This document shows, one piece after another, positions 19,480 to 32,368 of a stretch of DNA of 47,797 nucleotides. Numbering within the stretch: position 1 is the first letter of the stretch; each line of letters starts with the position of its first letter. This stretch comes from Malacoraja senta. Taxonomy: Eukaryota. Position numbers and translations under genes: made by a program. The DNA is taken from positions 62,001 through 109,797 of the forward strand of contig JAXLNO010005746.1 of assembly GCA_038087875.1 (NCBI GenBank), in the 5' to 3' direction. The notes beneath the pieces are model-generated. The model saw nothing but the letters and a program-made list of their open reading frames with translations, was not told the origin of the DNA and made no database searches.

Positions 19480-22400
19480 AGATGCTGAATTTTTGTCATA
19501 AGATCATAAGTGATAAGGGTAGAATTAGTTTGGTTTATAGATACCGCATGGAAACAGGCCCATTGGCCCACCGAGTCCATGCCGACCATTGATCACCTGT
19601 ACACACTATGTTTAAGAAGAAACTGCAGATGCTGGAAAAGCGGTAGACAAAAACGATGAGTTTCTCTGACATTTTTGTCTACATGTACACACTAGTTCTG
19701 TTATCCCACTTTCTCATCCATTCCCTACACATTTGCGACAATCTTGCAGAGGTATTTAACCTACAAACTCGCATGTATTAGGGATGTGGGAGGAAACCGG
19801 AGCACCCAGAGGAGACCCACGCGGTCACAGGGAGAACGTGCAAACTCCACACTGATAGCGCCGGAGGTCAGAATCCAACTGGGGTCTCTGGGGGTGGTTG
19901 CAGTTCCACCTACAGCAAACCCAACCCCACAAATATCACCCAGAACAAGCCTCTCCATCACCAGTGTAGCAGTGTGACAACACAATGTGAGCAACTCACA
20001 ACAAAATAGGTTGAGAAATAGGAAGACACAAGGAAGTACAGATGCAGTGATATCTGATAGTCCGCTCGAGTAGATTGCAACCCAATGGTGGGAACATTGA
20101 ATTTTCTAGTTTTAAGTAATTAACCCACAACAATCTTTTCCACTAATCTCCGTCCCTTTCCACATCTATATATATATATATATATCCTTTCTTCCAGCTT
20201 CACATTTCATGCCTCTTCCATATCTCATATCACCATCTCACAGCCTTTTATCTTCTTTCCATCTCTGGCCTTCGTCCACCCATCAGCCAGTAACCCTCTC
20301 TCCCTCACCTGTATCCACCTATCACTTGCCAGGCTTCATCCTTCCCCCACCTCTCTCCCAGCTTTCTCCCCCCTACTACAATCAGCCTGAAGAAGGGTCC
20401 GAACCCAAAACGTCACCTATCCATGTTCTCTGGAGATGCTGCCTGGCCCATTGAGTTACTCCAGCATTATATGTCTGTTTTTGAGAAATAGGAAGTTGTG
20501 AGGTTGATAAGAAGATTTGAACAACAGTGTAAATATTTTGAAACCAAATCATTGGTTCCACGGGTTAGGGTTGTTATGACAGTATGCAGGGTGGGTTATC
20601 AGATCTGTGAGGTGTGGAGAACCATGGTCAAGTCCAAATCCACCCACATGTCACAGTGCCAGGGTGAAGGGTGAGTGGGGCAGAGCAGGGTGGGACACTG
20701 GCACCAGAGTTAAACTCATAGAGTCATATAGTGCAGAAACAGGCCCTTCTTCCCAACTTGACCATGCTGACCAAACTGCCCACCTACACTAGTAGTAGTG
20801 TAGTTACTATATGTAGTGTACCCCAGTGGTATGAACATTGACTTCTCCAATTTCAGGTGGTCCTTGCTTTCTCCCTCCTTCCCCTCCCCTTCCCAGCTCT
20901 CCCACAGCCTACTGTCACCTTCGCTTCCGTTCTTCTTCCTGCCTCCCGCCCCCACCTCCACATCAGTCTGAAGAAGGATCTCGACCCGAAACATCACCTA
21001 TTCCTTCGCTCCATAGATGCTGCCTCATCCGCTGAGTTTCTCCAGCATTTTTTACTACCTTCGTTTTTTCCAGCATCTGCAGTTCTTTCTTAAACCTAAA
21101 CTAGTTTAGTTTAGTTTAGAGATACAGCGTGGAAACTGGCCCTTCACCTACCGAGTCCGCACCGAACAGTGATCCCACGCATTAACATCCTACATGCACT
21201 GGGGACTATTTATACTTATACCAAGCCAACTAACCAACTAACCGATACGTTTTTGGAGTGTGGGAGGAAACTGAAGATCTCGGAGAAAACCCAGGCGGGG
21301 AGAACGTACAAACTCCCTAAACAAGAGTGAGGGTTAACTTCTGGATTCACCCTCAGACACACACACATTACCTTGGTTTTACAGTAGAAATCCCTTCAAA
21401 TGCTTTCATGAAGTTCTTTTCCAAAATAATTGCTATACACATAGAGTCATAGTGTGACTCAGTGTGGAAACAGGCCCTTCTGCCCAACTTGCCGACACCA
21501 GCCAACATGTCCCAGGCCAGTTCCACCTGCTCGCATTTGCCCCATATCCCTCCAAACCTGTCCTATCCAAGTACCCTATCTAACTGTATCTAAAACATTG
21601 GGATAGTCCCTGCCTCACTACCTCCTCTGGCAGTTTGTTCCATATACCCACCACCCTTTCTGTGAAAAAGTTACCCCTCAGATTCCTATTGAATCTTTTC
21701 CCCTTCACATTACACCTATGTCCTCTGGTCCCCGATTCACCTGCACTGGGAAAGTGACACTGTGCATCTACCCAATCTATTCCTCTTGTAATTTTATACA
21801 TCTCTATAAGATCACCCCTCATCCTCTGCGCTCCAAGGAATAGAATCCCAGCCTACTCAACCTCACTATAGCTCAGACCATGTAATCCTGGCAACATCCT
21901 CGTAAATCTTCTCTGTATCCTTTCCAGCTAGACAACATCTTTCCTATAACACGATGCTTTTGAAAGACCCATCTGGTTATTATATCAATTGATCACTAAT
22001 TACTGTTCTCACCTCTAATGACAAGAGCAGCTTAGGTTAACCAATAAAATATGTTTGTTAATAAACAGCTTTTTAAACAAAACCAGTTCTGCTGTTTGGC
22101 ATAATTCTATCCTAAAAGCAAGTGATTATACAATCCTTATACAATACTTGGGGTGCTGTATCAGGTAATATGGTTAATGTAGCTATTTATTGCAGATAAA
22201 TTGCAGGGGTGTGGAGGCAAGGTCAATGGATATTTTTAAGTTAGTTTTGATGTAGGAACAGGCCAGGGTAACATGTAGGCTATGAGAAAGATTAGTCTTT
22301 AGATTCTGGAGTAGTTCCTGAGGATTGGAGGGTAGCTAATGTAACCCCACTTTTTAAAAATGGAGGGAGAGAGAAAATGGGGAATTACAGTCCAGTTAGT

Positions 22401-23860
22401 CTAACATCGGTAGTGGGGAAACTGCTAGAGTCAGTTATTAAAGATGGGATAGCAGCACATTTGGAAAATGGTGAAATCATTGGACAAAGTCAGCATGGAT
22501 TTATGAAAGGTAAATCATGTCTGACGAATCTTATAGAATTTTTCTAGGATGTAACTAGTAGAGTGGATAAGGGAGAACCAGTGGATGTGTTATATCTGGA
22601 CTTTCAGAAGGCTTTCGACAAGGTCCCACATAAGAGATTAATATACAAACTTAAAGCACACGGTATTGGGGGTTCAGTATTGATGTGGATAGAGAACTGG
22701 CTGGCAGACAGGAAGCAAAGAGTAGGAGTAAACGGGTCCTTTTCAGAAGGGCAGACAGTGACTAGTGGGGTACCGCAAAGCTCAGTGCTGGGACCCCAAC
22801 TATTTACAATATATATTAATTATTTGGACGAGGGAATTGAATGCAACATCTCCAAGTTTGCGGATGACACGAAGCTGGCAGGCAGTATTAGCTGTGAGGA
22901 GTGTGCTAGGAGGCTGCAAGATGACTTGGATAGGCTGGGTGAGTGGGCAAATGCATGGCAGATGCAGTATAATGTGGATAAATGTGAGGTTATCCACTTT
23001 GTGGCAAAAACAGGAAAGTAGACTATTACCTGAATGGTGGCCAATTAGGAAAAGGGGAGATGCAACGAAACCTGGGTGTCATGGTACACCAGTCATTGAA
23101 AGTAGGCATGCAGGTGCAGCAGGCAGTGAAGAAAGCGAATGGTATGTGAGCATTCATAGCAAAAGGACTTGAGTATAGGAGCAGGGAGATTCTACTGCAG
23201 TTGTACAGGGTCTTGGTGAGACCACACCTGGAGTATTGCGTACAGTTTTGGTCTCCTAATCTGAGGAAGGACATTCTTGCCATAGAGGGAGTACAGAGAA
23301 GGTTCACAAGACTGATTCCTGGGATGTCAGGACTTTCATATGAAGAAAGACTGGATAGACTCGGCTTGTACTCGCTAGAATTTAGAAGATTGAGGGGGAA
23401 TCTTATAGAAACTTACAACATTGTTAAGGGGTTGGACAGGCTAGATGCAGGAAGATTGCTCCCGATGTTGGGGAAGTCCAGAACAAGGGGTCACAGTTTA
23501 AGGATAAAGGGGAAATCTTTTAGGACTGAGATGAGAAAAACATTTTTTTTTTTTGAAAATATTTTTTATTGGAGATAAAACACAACATATTATCATCATT
23601 ACCAGTCTTACATTTTTAAATTGATAATATCGTCAATTATTATTACATTGTCTCCAATACCTTTTGCCTTTTTTTTAAAAATTTTTTAAACTAGATAGAA
23701 CTAAAAAGATAGATGAAGTAAAGAAAGAAAAAAAAAAGAAAACAGAGAAGAAAAAGATAGTTAAAGAAGAATGGAAACATTTATTAAGATAAAAAACTTC
23801 GTTCGAGATATATTCGTACATTTCAGAGTATAACATTTCATCCATTCTTTAGCCCGAGTG

Positions 23861-26800
23861 CTAGTCAGGTTCTTGTGCTGAACCATTCTGACCCTTTAAA
23901 TAATCAATAAAGGGAGACCATGTTCCAACGAATAATTCCTGTTTGTCCAACAGGGCAAATCTGATTCTTTCCACATTTAACGTCTCCGTCATTTCTATAA
24001 TCCACATTTTGATTGTGGGGGTTATAGGGCCTTTCCAAAATTTTAGAATTAATTTTTTTCCCGTTATTATACTATAATCAATAAAGTGTCTTTGTGTTGT
24101 TGTAAATGTTTGATTTAATTCTAATGTTCCGAGTATTATTAGTTTTGGATCCGGGTCCAATTGTGTGCTGGTCACTTTAGATATTATACCGAAAATATTT
24201 ACCCAGAATTTTTTTATTTTTATACAGTTTGCAAACATATGAGATAAGTTAGCTTCTAAATGTTGACATTTATCACATATAGGTGAGATATGTTGAAAGA
24301 TTTTATGTAATTTTGTTTTTGAATAATGTAACCTATGTATTACTTTAAATTGTATTAAAGAATATCTGGCATTTAATGAACATTGATGTATGTGTTGTAA
24401 ACTTTCTTCCCAAGTATCTTTCGTTATTATTTGATTTAATTCTTTTTCCCATGTTTGTCTGTGTAAGTCCGTCGATGGAATGTTACTGTCTAATAAAATA
24501 TTATATATATATGATATTAATTTTTCTGTATTAGGATGTTTATTCCAACATTCATCAAGAATTTCTGAATTTCTAATTCGAAAATTTTGAGTATTCGATT
24601 TTACATAATCTCTGAGTTGAAGATATCTGAAAAAATCATTTCCTCGAAATCCATAAGTCTGTTGCAACTCCTGAAATGTAAGAAAAGTGCCTTCCTTGTA
24701 AAGATGTCCCATATTTTTGATTCCATATTTCTTCCATTGTGTAAAACCCCTGTCCAACCATGAGGGTTTAAACAAAGGGTTATTCACAATTGGAAGAATA
24801 AGTGATGTTATCTAATTTTAATGTATTTTTTAATTGTTTCCAAATTCGTATAGCACTAAATATTATAGGGATTTCCATATACATTTTTTTGTTTAATTTA
24901 GACGTAGCAAATAATATCGAGCCGATATCAAAAGGTAAACAATCTTCCTTTTCCATTTTTAACCAATCTGGTTGTTGATCTATTTCTTCCAACCAGAAAT
25001 TCATATTTTTAATATTAACTGCCCAAAAATAAAACAGGAAATTTGGTAGAACCAAGCCTCCATTTATTTTTGATTTACACAAATGTCTTTTGTTTATCCT
25101 ATGATTCTTATAATCCCAGATAAAATCATTAACAATGGAATCCAATTTTAAAAAAAAGTTTTTTGACAAATATATCGGAATTGTCTGAAAAAGGTATAAT
25201 ATTTGTGGTAAAAAAATCATTTTTATGGCATTAATTTTGCCAACCATTGAGATAGGAAGTGTTTTCCAATATTGAATATTCTTATGTAATTTGTTCAGTA
25301 ATGGGGGAAAATTTGCTTTAAATAATGATGTATATATCTTAGTTACGTAAATGCCTAGGTATTTGAATTTTTCATTTACTATTTTAAATGGAAATTGTTG
25401 TATTATCTGTTTGTTGTGTTCCCTTATTGGCATAATTTCACTTTTATTCCAATTTATTCTGTATCCTGAGAGTGAACCAAATTGGGTTATTAGCTTTAAT
25501 AAGTTTGGAATACTAATTTCTGGTTTTGTAATCTAAATTAGTACATCATCTGCGTATAGAGAAATTTTATTCACTGTATCCTTTGTATTATACCCATGTA
25601 TTTCCGGATGACCCCTAACTCTTTCTGCGAGTGGCTCAATAGCAAGCGCAAATAATAATGGAGATAACGGGCATCCTTGTCTACAACCTCTAGATAGGCT
25701 GAATTTAGATGACAACCTTTGGTTTGTTAATATTCTAGCCGTAGGGTTTGTATATAACAGTCTTATCCATGTGCAGAATTTCTCCCCTAGCTGCATATTT
25801 TCCATCACCGAAAATAAATAGGACCATTCAACCTGATCAAAAGCTTTTTCAGCGTCAAGTGAGATTATTGCTAGATCTTCATTAATAATTCTCTTAGAAT
25901 ATATAATATTAAATAATCTTCTTAGATTATAATATGAGTACCGTTTCTGAATAAAGCCTGTTTGGTCAGGGTGTATTAATTTATTCATCACTGTACTTAA
26001 TCTATGCGCTAGTATTTTAGTTAATATTTTCTGATCTGTATTTAAAAGTGCAATTGCTCTATATGATCCCGGATCTTCCGGATCTTTATCAACTTTAGGA
26101 ATAAGTGTTATTATAGATTCATTTAAAGTATCTGGAAGTTTCTGTTGTGTATAGATATGCTCATACAGCCTTTGTAAACGTGGGGAGAGCAAGTCATAAA
26201 TTTTTTTATAGAATTCAGAGCCTAAACCATCTGGTCCTACTGCTTTACCATTTTTTAAAGAGCCAATAGACTCTTCAATATCCTTTATCGTAATCTCCCT
26301 TTCTAATAATTCTCTATCGTTTGAGTCTAAACCTTTTAAATTACATTTTAGTAAAAAATCTGCTATTCCTGGTTGTACTACAGTTTTAGTTGAATAAAGA
26401 TTATGATAGTATTGGAGAAATCTCTCGTTTATATCCTTGGGCATTTTTAATTATTCTCCTGTATCTGTTCTAATTTTATGAATTATTTTTTCCCCCTCCA
26501 TTTTTCATAACTGACGTGCTAATAGTTTTTGTGGTTTGTCTCCAAACTCGAAATGTAATTGTTTGGTTTTTTGATAAAGTTTTATTACTTGTTCTGAATA
26601 CATTTTGTTTAATTTATATTTCAATACAGCAATTTTATTATGTTTTAAAATAGATGGCATTCTCGCATTTTCTATATCTAGTTGCTTGATTTCCCTTTCC
26701 AATGTTTGTTGTTTAATCCTCTTTATTATAAAATACTTGGGCAGAAATTAATGCACCTCGAACAAACGCTTTAAACGTTTCCCACATAAGAGAAGTGGGT

Positions 26801-27662
26801 GTGTCAGGGTTGTCATTTACCTCAAAAAATATTTGAATCTGTTTAATAAGATATTCCTGGCATGAACTTTCGTTCAAAATTTGTGGGTTAAATCTCCAAT
26901 ATGTTTGTTTCTCGGACATTCCATTTAATTTAATCATGAATGTTACAGGTGCGTGATCTGAGATTATAATATTATGGTATTTTGAGTTGTAAGTAAATGG
27001 GATAAACGTGGAGTCAGCTAAAAAATAATCTATTCTTGAGTATGTTTTATGTACTGGTGAGTAAAATGAATATTCCCGTCCAGTTGGATTTTCAATTCTC
27101 CAGACATCCTTAATATTAGTGGTATTAATAAATGAATTTCAAAATACACTTGATTGAGATTTTACTTTTTTTTGCCTTGATGATCTATCTAAGTATGAAT
27201 CTAATGTGCAATTGAAGTCTCCTCCAATTATTAATTTATATTGTGTAAATTCAGGAATTATATTAAATGTTTTATTAAAAAACATAGGATTGTCAAAATT
27301 AGGCCCATATACATTAAGAAGAATCACTTTTTCTCCATTTAACTCTCCAACTAATATAATATATCTACCATCAATATCCGCTATTGTTGATGAATGCGTA
27401 TAAGGTATTCCTTTACGAATTAATATTGTCCTCTGGACTTATGGGAAAAAGAGGAATGATATGATTCAGCGATCCACTTAGCTTTAAGTCTATGTTGAGA
27501 TTCCTTTTTAAGGTGTGTTTCTTGAAGGAATATTATATCTGTTTTGATTGAATTTAGATGTGCCAAAACTTTACCTCTCTTAATTGGTTCATTGATTCCC
27601 TTAACATTCCAACTACAAAATGTTATTCCCTCACCCCCTCTTGTCATATTAACATCTTGCAT
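23861..27662 (-). pseudogene. L1 ORF2 (APE endonuclease and reverse transcriptase), several frameshifts/stops
   Basis: Motifs SWNVKG, LQETH, GGDFN, GPDG, SLDAEKAFD, QGCPLSP, YADD, KYLG, CDKC..HMF..C are spread over at least six ORF pieces. An in-frame TAG follows YADDVLI. Confidence 0.95.
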
Positions 27663-28037
27663 ATTGTTTCTAAGGTGGTCTATAACCGAGCAGAAGGTGC
27701 AACACATAAAACCTGACCCTGCTCCCGAACCTCAAATAGATGAATTTTAAATAATATACATCGCTCTTCCGAACACATCTCCTTGAATTAGTCTTGTTGT
27801 TCCATTCAAACATTGTTATAAAAATATTTAAAGTGAAAAAAGTGATAGAATTGGTTAGTATAGGGTGAAAGAAAAAAAACTACATCTACAATTAGTGTAG
27901 TTAGTGATAGCCACACTAACGTGGCTAGAATTCTAAAGACTTCCGTAGCCTTTGTAAAAAAAAAATCCCAGCTCCGTGCCCGAGAAAAAAAAAAAGAATA
28001 TTTCTGACAATCAATTAACTTCTTTGGGAGTAGCAAA

Positions 28038-28058
28038 CATATATATATACACATACAT

Positions 28059-28113
<55 letters not shown>

Positions 28114-28140
28114 CCCATATGCATACATATATATGCACAT
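28038..28140. repeat. (TA)n/(CATA)n microsatellite in the L1 inter-ORF spacer
   Basis: Seen directly in the sequence. Confidence 0.95.
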
Positions 28141-28723
28141 ATCCCTGCAGAAAAGTCCAAAAACAGCATAAATTCACAACGTTATTATTCTCTACATACC
28201 GTATTAATATCTTCGCTAAATCTATAAATTTAATTTTAAATTGAAAAATAAAGAGAAAAACCGTCAAACCTTATTATGACGTAGGCTGAATTACCTCTTG
28301 CACATATTCCTACAGAATATAAGTATGTAACTCATTTCTACGTTAACCAGAGACTTTTAGTTATTGATCATTGTTATCAATCATACCTAGTATTAAATTT
28401 TTATGAGTAATATAGATGTTAATAATTTTAGTAATAATATAGATATTTAATAAGTATTAGTAGTTACATATATAGTTAGATATGAATATACTAAATAGTA
28501 ATAGTGATTAATAACAATTGGTCGTAACTATGATATTATTGTTCTTAGAGTTGATACTAAAAATAAAAAAAGATTAAAAAATAAAAAACCACGGTTTTCT
28601 CCAATGTCCACCGTCCATTTCAGTTTTCGAATGTCCTTAAAGCTCTTAAAAGAACTTTAAAGGTCCTTTTAAATCTGGCGAAGTCCCATTAATCCTTGAC
28701 TCCTGAGGAGTAATGCAAATTCT

Positions 28724-29578
28724 TCAGTCTGTGGTCACGTTCTCGATTTCTTTGGCAAATTCCAGTGCTTTTTCGTGGTCTGTAAAAAATTGCTCCTTCT
28801 ACTTGTAGGTGACTCTTAGTCTTGCGGGGTAAAGCAAGCCGTATCTCAATGCAGGTACCTTCTTCAGTATTCTTTTTGTCTCAGTGAACAGCGCTCTTTT
28901 CTTGAAGACCTCTGCCGGATAATCTTGGTAAATACTGAACCTCGCACCTTCAAAATAGAGCTGTCCGCTTCGGACAATTTTCTTCATTATCTCGTCAAAT
29001 TCATGATCAAGTTGCACCTTTACTATAATTTGTCTTGGATGGGCATCATCTTGTGTACGACGCCCCTGCGCTCTATGTGCTCGACCGAGTGAAGGTTTCT
29101 GATCCAATTTTAAGGCTTTTTGTAGTAGGTCTGCCACAAAATCCCGAGGGCCCATTTCCCTCTCACTTCCTTCTTTCATCCCTACAATTCTTAAATTCTT
29201 GCGTCTTTGACGCCCCTCCAGATCGGTACACTTATCACTTAATTTGATCACCATACCGGAGAGGCGTTGGTTTTCAATAAGGAGTCGATTTACAGTTTCC
29301 TCACTTGTCGCCGCCCATTTCTCAAGTTCGGTTATCGCTGTTCTATGTTGATCAAGTGCTTGATGAATGGGGATCACCTCCCTATTAATGCTCGATTCCA
29401 CCGAAACGAGCCTGGCTTCCAGCACTTCCATCTGTTCCTTGGCCTCATCGTCCCTCGACCACTTCCAGACTTCCAGTATTTCTTGAACGGTAGAATCCAT
29501 TTCTGCTTTAAAATCTTCCTTGAAAGAGTTAAGTTCCTCTTTAAAATTCAATTTCAAATTTCCTTCGAAGGTTTTCAA
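28724..29578 (-). pseudogene. L1 ORF1 (RNA-binding/chaperone), disrupted
   Basis: Motifs LEGRQRRKNLRIVG, RAHR, IYQDY, YPARLRV. A premature TAG at 28799-28801 is followed in frame by KEQFFTDHEKALEF to TGA at 28724. A probable N-terminal frameshift lies near 29620. Confidence 0.88.
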
Positions 29579-32368
29579 CTGTAGTTGAATCTGTTTAATT
29601 TCAACAGCAAGAAAAGTTTTAGATCTTCAATTTCAGACTTTTTCTGCTTTGATTTCTTCGTTGGGTCTTCCTGGGCCGTCATTGTAACTGAGGCCCAGGC
29701 CTCAGTTAGGCCTACCTCTTCCATCGGTGGTTTCCCTTTAACGGTTTTTTTTGGCCCACGGGGGGGGGGGGGGTATGTTGCATCGACATACCATCAAAGT
29801 CGCGCGCCTGATGACGTCACGCGGCAGGCAGCCGTTCAGATCGCGATCGCTGCAGGTAAGACCCGATTTTCTCCCGTTTTCAGATTCTTCGGCACGGAGC
29901 TAGTTGGCACTGGACTCAAGCCTCCATAGCGCCACCGGAAGTCAGTAAAAAAAAAAAAAAAGGGGGTAATCCTTTAGGACCGAGATGAGAAAAACATTTT
30001 TTACACAGAGAGTGGTGAATCTCTGGAATTCTCTGCCACAGAATGTAGTTGAGGCCAGTTCATTGGCTATATTTAAGAGGGAGTTAGATGTGGCCCTTGT
30101 GGCTAAAGGGATCAGGGGGTATGGAGAGGAAGCAGGTACAGGATACTGAGTTGGATGATCAGCCATGATCATATTGAATGGCGGTGCAGGCTCGAAGGGA
30201 CGAATGGCCTACTCCTGCACCTATTTTCTATGTTTTTATGTTTCTATGCTTGGTTTAGAGATACCGTATGGAAACAGGCCCATTGGCCCACCGAGTCCAC
30301 GCCGACCATTGATCACCTGTACACACAATGTTTAAGAAGGAACTGCAGATGCTGGAACATGAAGGTAGACAAAAACGCTGAGTTTCTCCAGCATTTTTGT
30401 CTACCTGTACACACTAGTTCTGTTATCCCACTTTTCTCATCCATTCCCTACACATTTGCGACAATCTTGCAGAGGTATTTAACCTACAAACTCGCATGGA
30501 TTAGGGATGTGGGAGGAAACCAGAGCACCTGGAGGAAACCCACGAGGTCACAGGGAGAACGTTCAAACTCCACACAGACAGCACCCGTAGTCAGGATCAA
30601 ACCCGGGTCTCTGGCGCTGTGAGGCAGCAGCTAACCGCTGCACCTCCGTGCTGCACTGAAGAGAGAAAGCAGGCTTGCGAGAGCAGACAGCAGAGCAGCA
30701 GGCCAGAGTGACAGCATCTGGAGTGGGAGTTGAACCCACAACACTCTGACTCCGGGTTTTTTTAAATTTCAAAATATACTTTATTAGAAAAATAAAATAT
30801 ATACAATTCATGATCCTTACAAAACTCCATCCGACATTCTCGGAGGCTAGACATACATTCAATACTGTTTACACAAATTACACAAATTTACCCCATACCC
30901 TTGCCACTCATGTGGCCCACTGGCGTGGGATACCTTCCCTTATTTTGAAGGGCATCTCCACCACACCCTGCCACAAACTGACCTTTTGCTGGATGTCTAC
31001 GCTGGCCCATGGTGTGGCTCAAGTAGCCTGGGAAAGTCACCCAAGACACCCTTGAGAGAGAGGGTGATGAATTTGTGCCCTAGCCTCAGAATAAAAGGGC
31101 ATAGTTTGAGAAAGGAGATGAGAACGAATTTCTTTAGTCAGAGGGTGGTGAATCTGTGGAAATCATTGCGACAGAAGGATGTGGAGGCCAAGTCAAAGGA
31201 CATTTTTAAGGCGGAGATTGATAGATTCTTGATTAGTACGAGTGTCGGGGGTTATGGGGAGAAGGCAGGAGAATGGGGTCGAGAGGGAAAGATAGATCAG
31301 CCATGATTGATTGAATGGCGGAGTGGATTTGATGGGCCGAATGTCCTAATTCTGCTCTTATAACTTATGAACATGATCTGGATTGATCTGATCATCTATC
31401 TCCACACAGAGGCTCCTTGATCGTCAGTGGGGAGGGTGTGCTGCCTGTCCTATACCACTGTAGGACATAGTGGCAGGGTGAGGGGTGACCTCTGGAACTC
31501 AGCTCCAAACATTTTATTTATCGGAGTCGCTGCCTCAAAAAGGCACCAATGTTTGCAGACACTTCTGTACATCCTGACATTCACCCAAAAGACAGCAGTA
31601 CGTAGACTAGAACTCAAAGCTGGCTCTCCAGAATGTGAACTTTTAACTTTATTACCAATAGAATTGCCGTGTAAAATGCTGCACTTTGAATAATGGTTAA
31701 AGTAATCCAATGTAAATGAAGATGGCTGAATTTTGTCATAAGTTCTTAGGTGAAAGGAGTAGAATTAGGCCATTCGGCCCATCAAGTCTATTGCGCCATT
31801 CAATCATGGCTGATCCATCTCTCCCTCCTAACCCCATTCTCCTGCCTTCTCCCCATAACCCGTGACACCTGAACTAATTAAGAATCTCTCTATCTCTGCC
31901 TTAAAAATATCCACTGACAGCCTCTGTGGCAAAGAATTCCACAGATTCATCACCCTCTGACTAAAGGTTTATTGAGCAATTCTTTGCAATAATTTCATTT
32001 TGCATTGCAACTTGCATTTCAACAGTGCATTAAAGGTGCTGGAAAAGTCTCGAGGTTCTTCACAGCACCATTGTCAGGTAGAATTTGGCATCGAATCACA
32101 TGCTGGTTCGAGATACAGCATGGAAACAGACCCTTCGGCCCACCGAGTCCACGCTGACCATCGATCACCTGTTCACACTAGTCCCACGTTACACCGCTTT
32201 TGCATGCACTCCCTACACATTGAGTGCAATTCGACAAGAGGGCCAATTAACCTACAGAGCCACACGTTTTGGGGATGTGGGAGGATGCCGGAGCACCCAG
32301 AGGAGACCCACGCGGTCACAGGGAGAACGTGCAAACTCCACACTGATAGCGCCGGAGGTCAGAATTGA

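Larger units (their letters stand above)
23543..29946 (-). mobile_element. Near full-length L1-clade LINE (~6.4 kb), decayed
   Basis: Has a 5'UTR, ORF1, ~1 kb spacer, ORF2 (APE, RT, Cys-rich C-terminus), AATAAA (23565-23570 rc) and poly(A) (T-run 23543-23554). Inserted in a CR1 with a ~40 bp duplicated target. Confidence 0.95.
19880..32368. repeat. Paralogous copy of the 1-6749 unit, retaining the full-length L1
   Basis: Same order of stalk-like exon, Penelope ends, SINE, CR1, L1, CR1 tail and SINEs. About 2% diverged left of the L1 and about 0.4% right of it (by eye). Confidence 0.93.

Noticed and set aside
23861-29578. Active, retrotransposition-competent L1
   Set aside because: Both ORFs carry nonsense and frameshift lesions.
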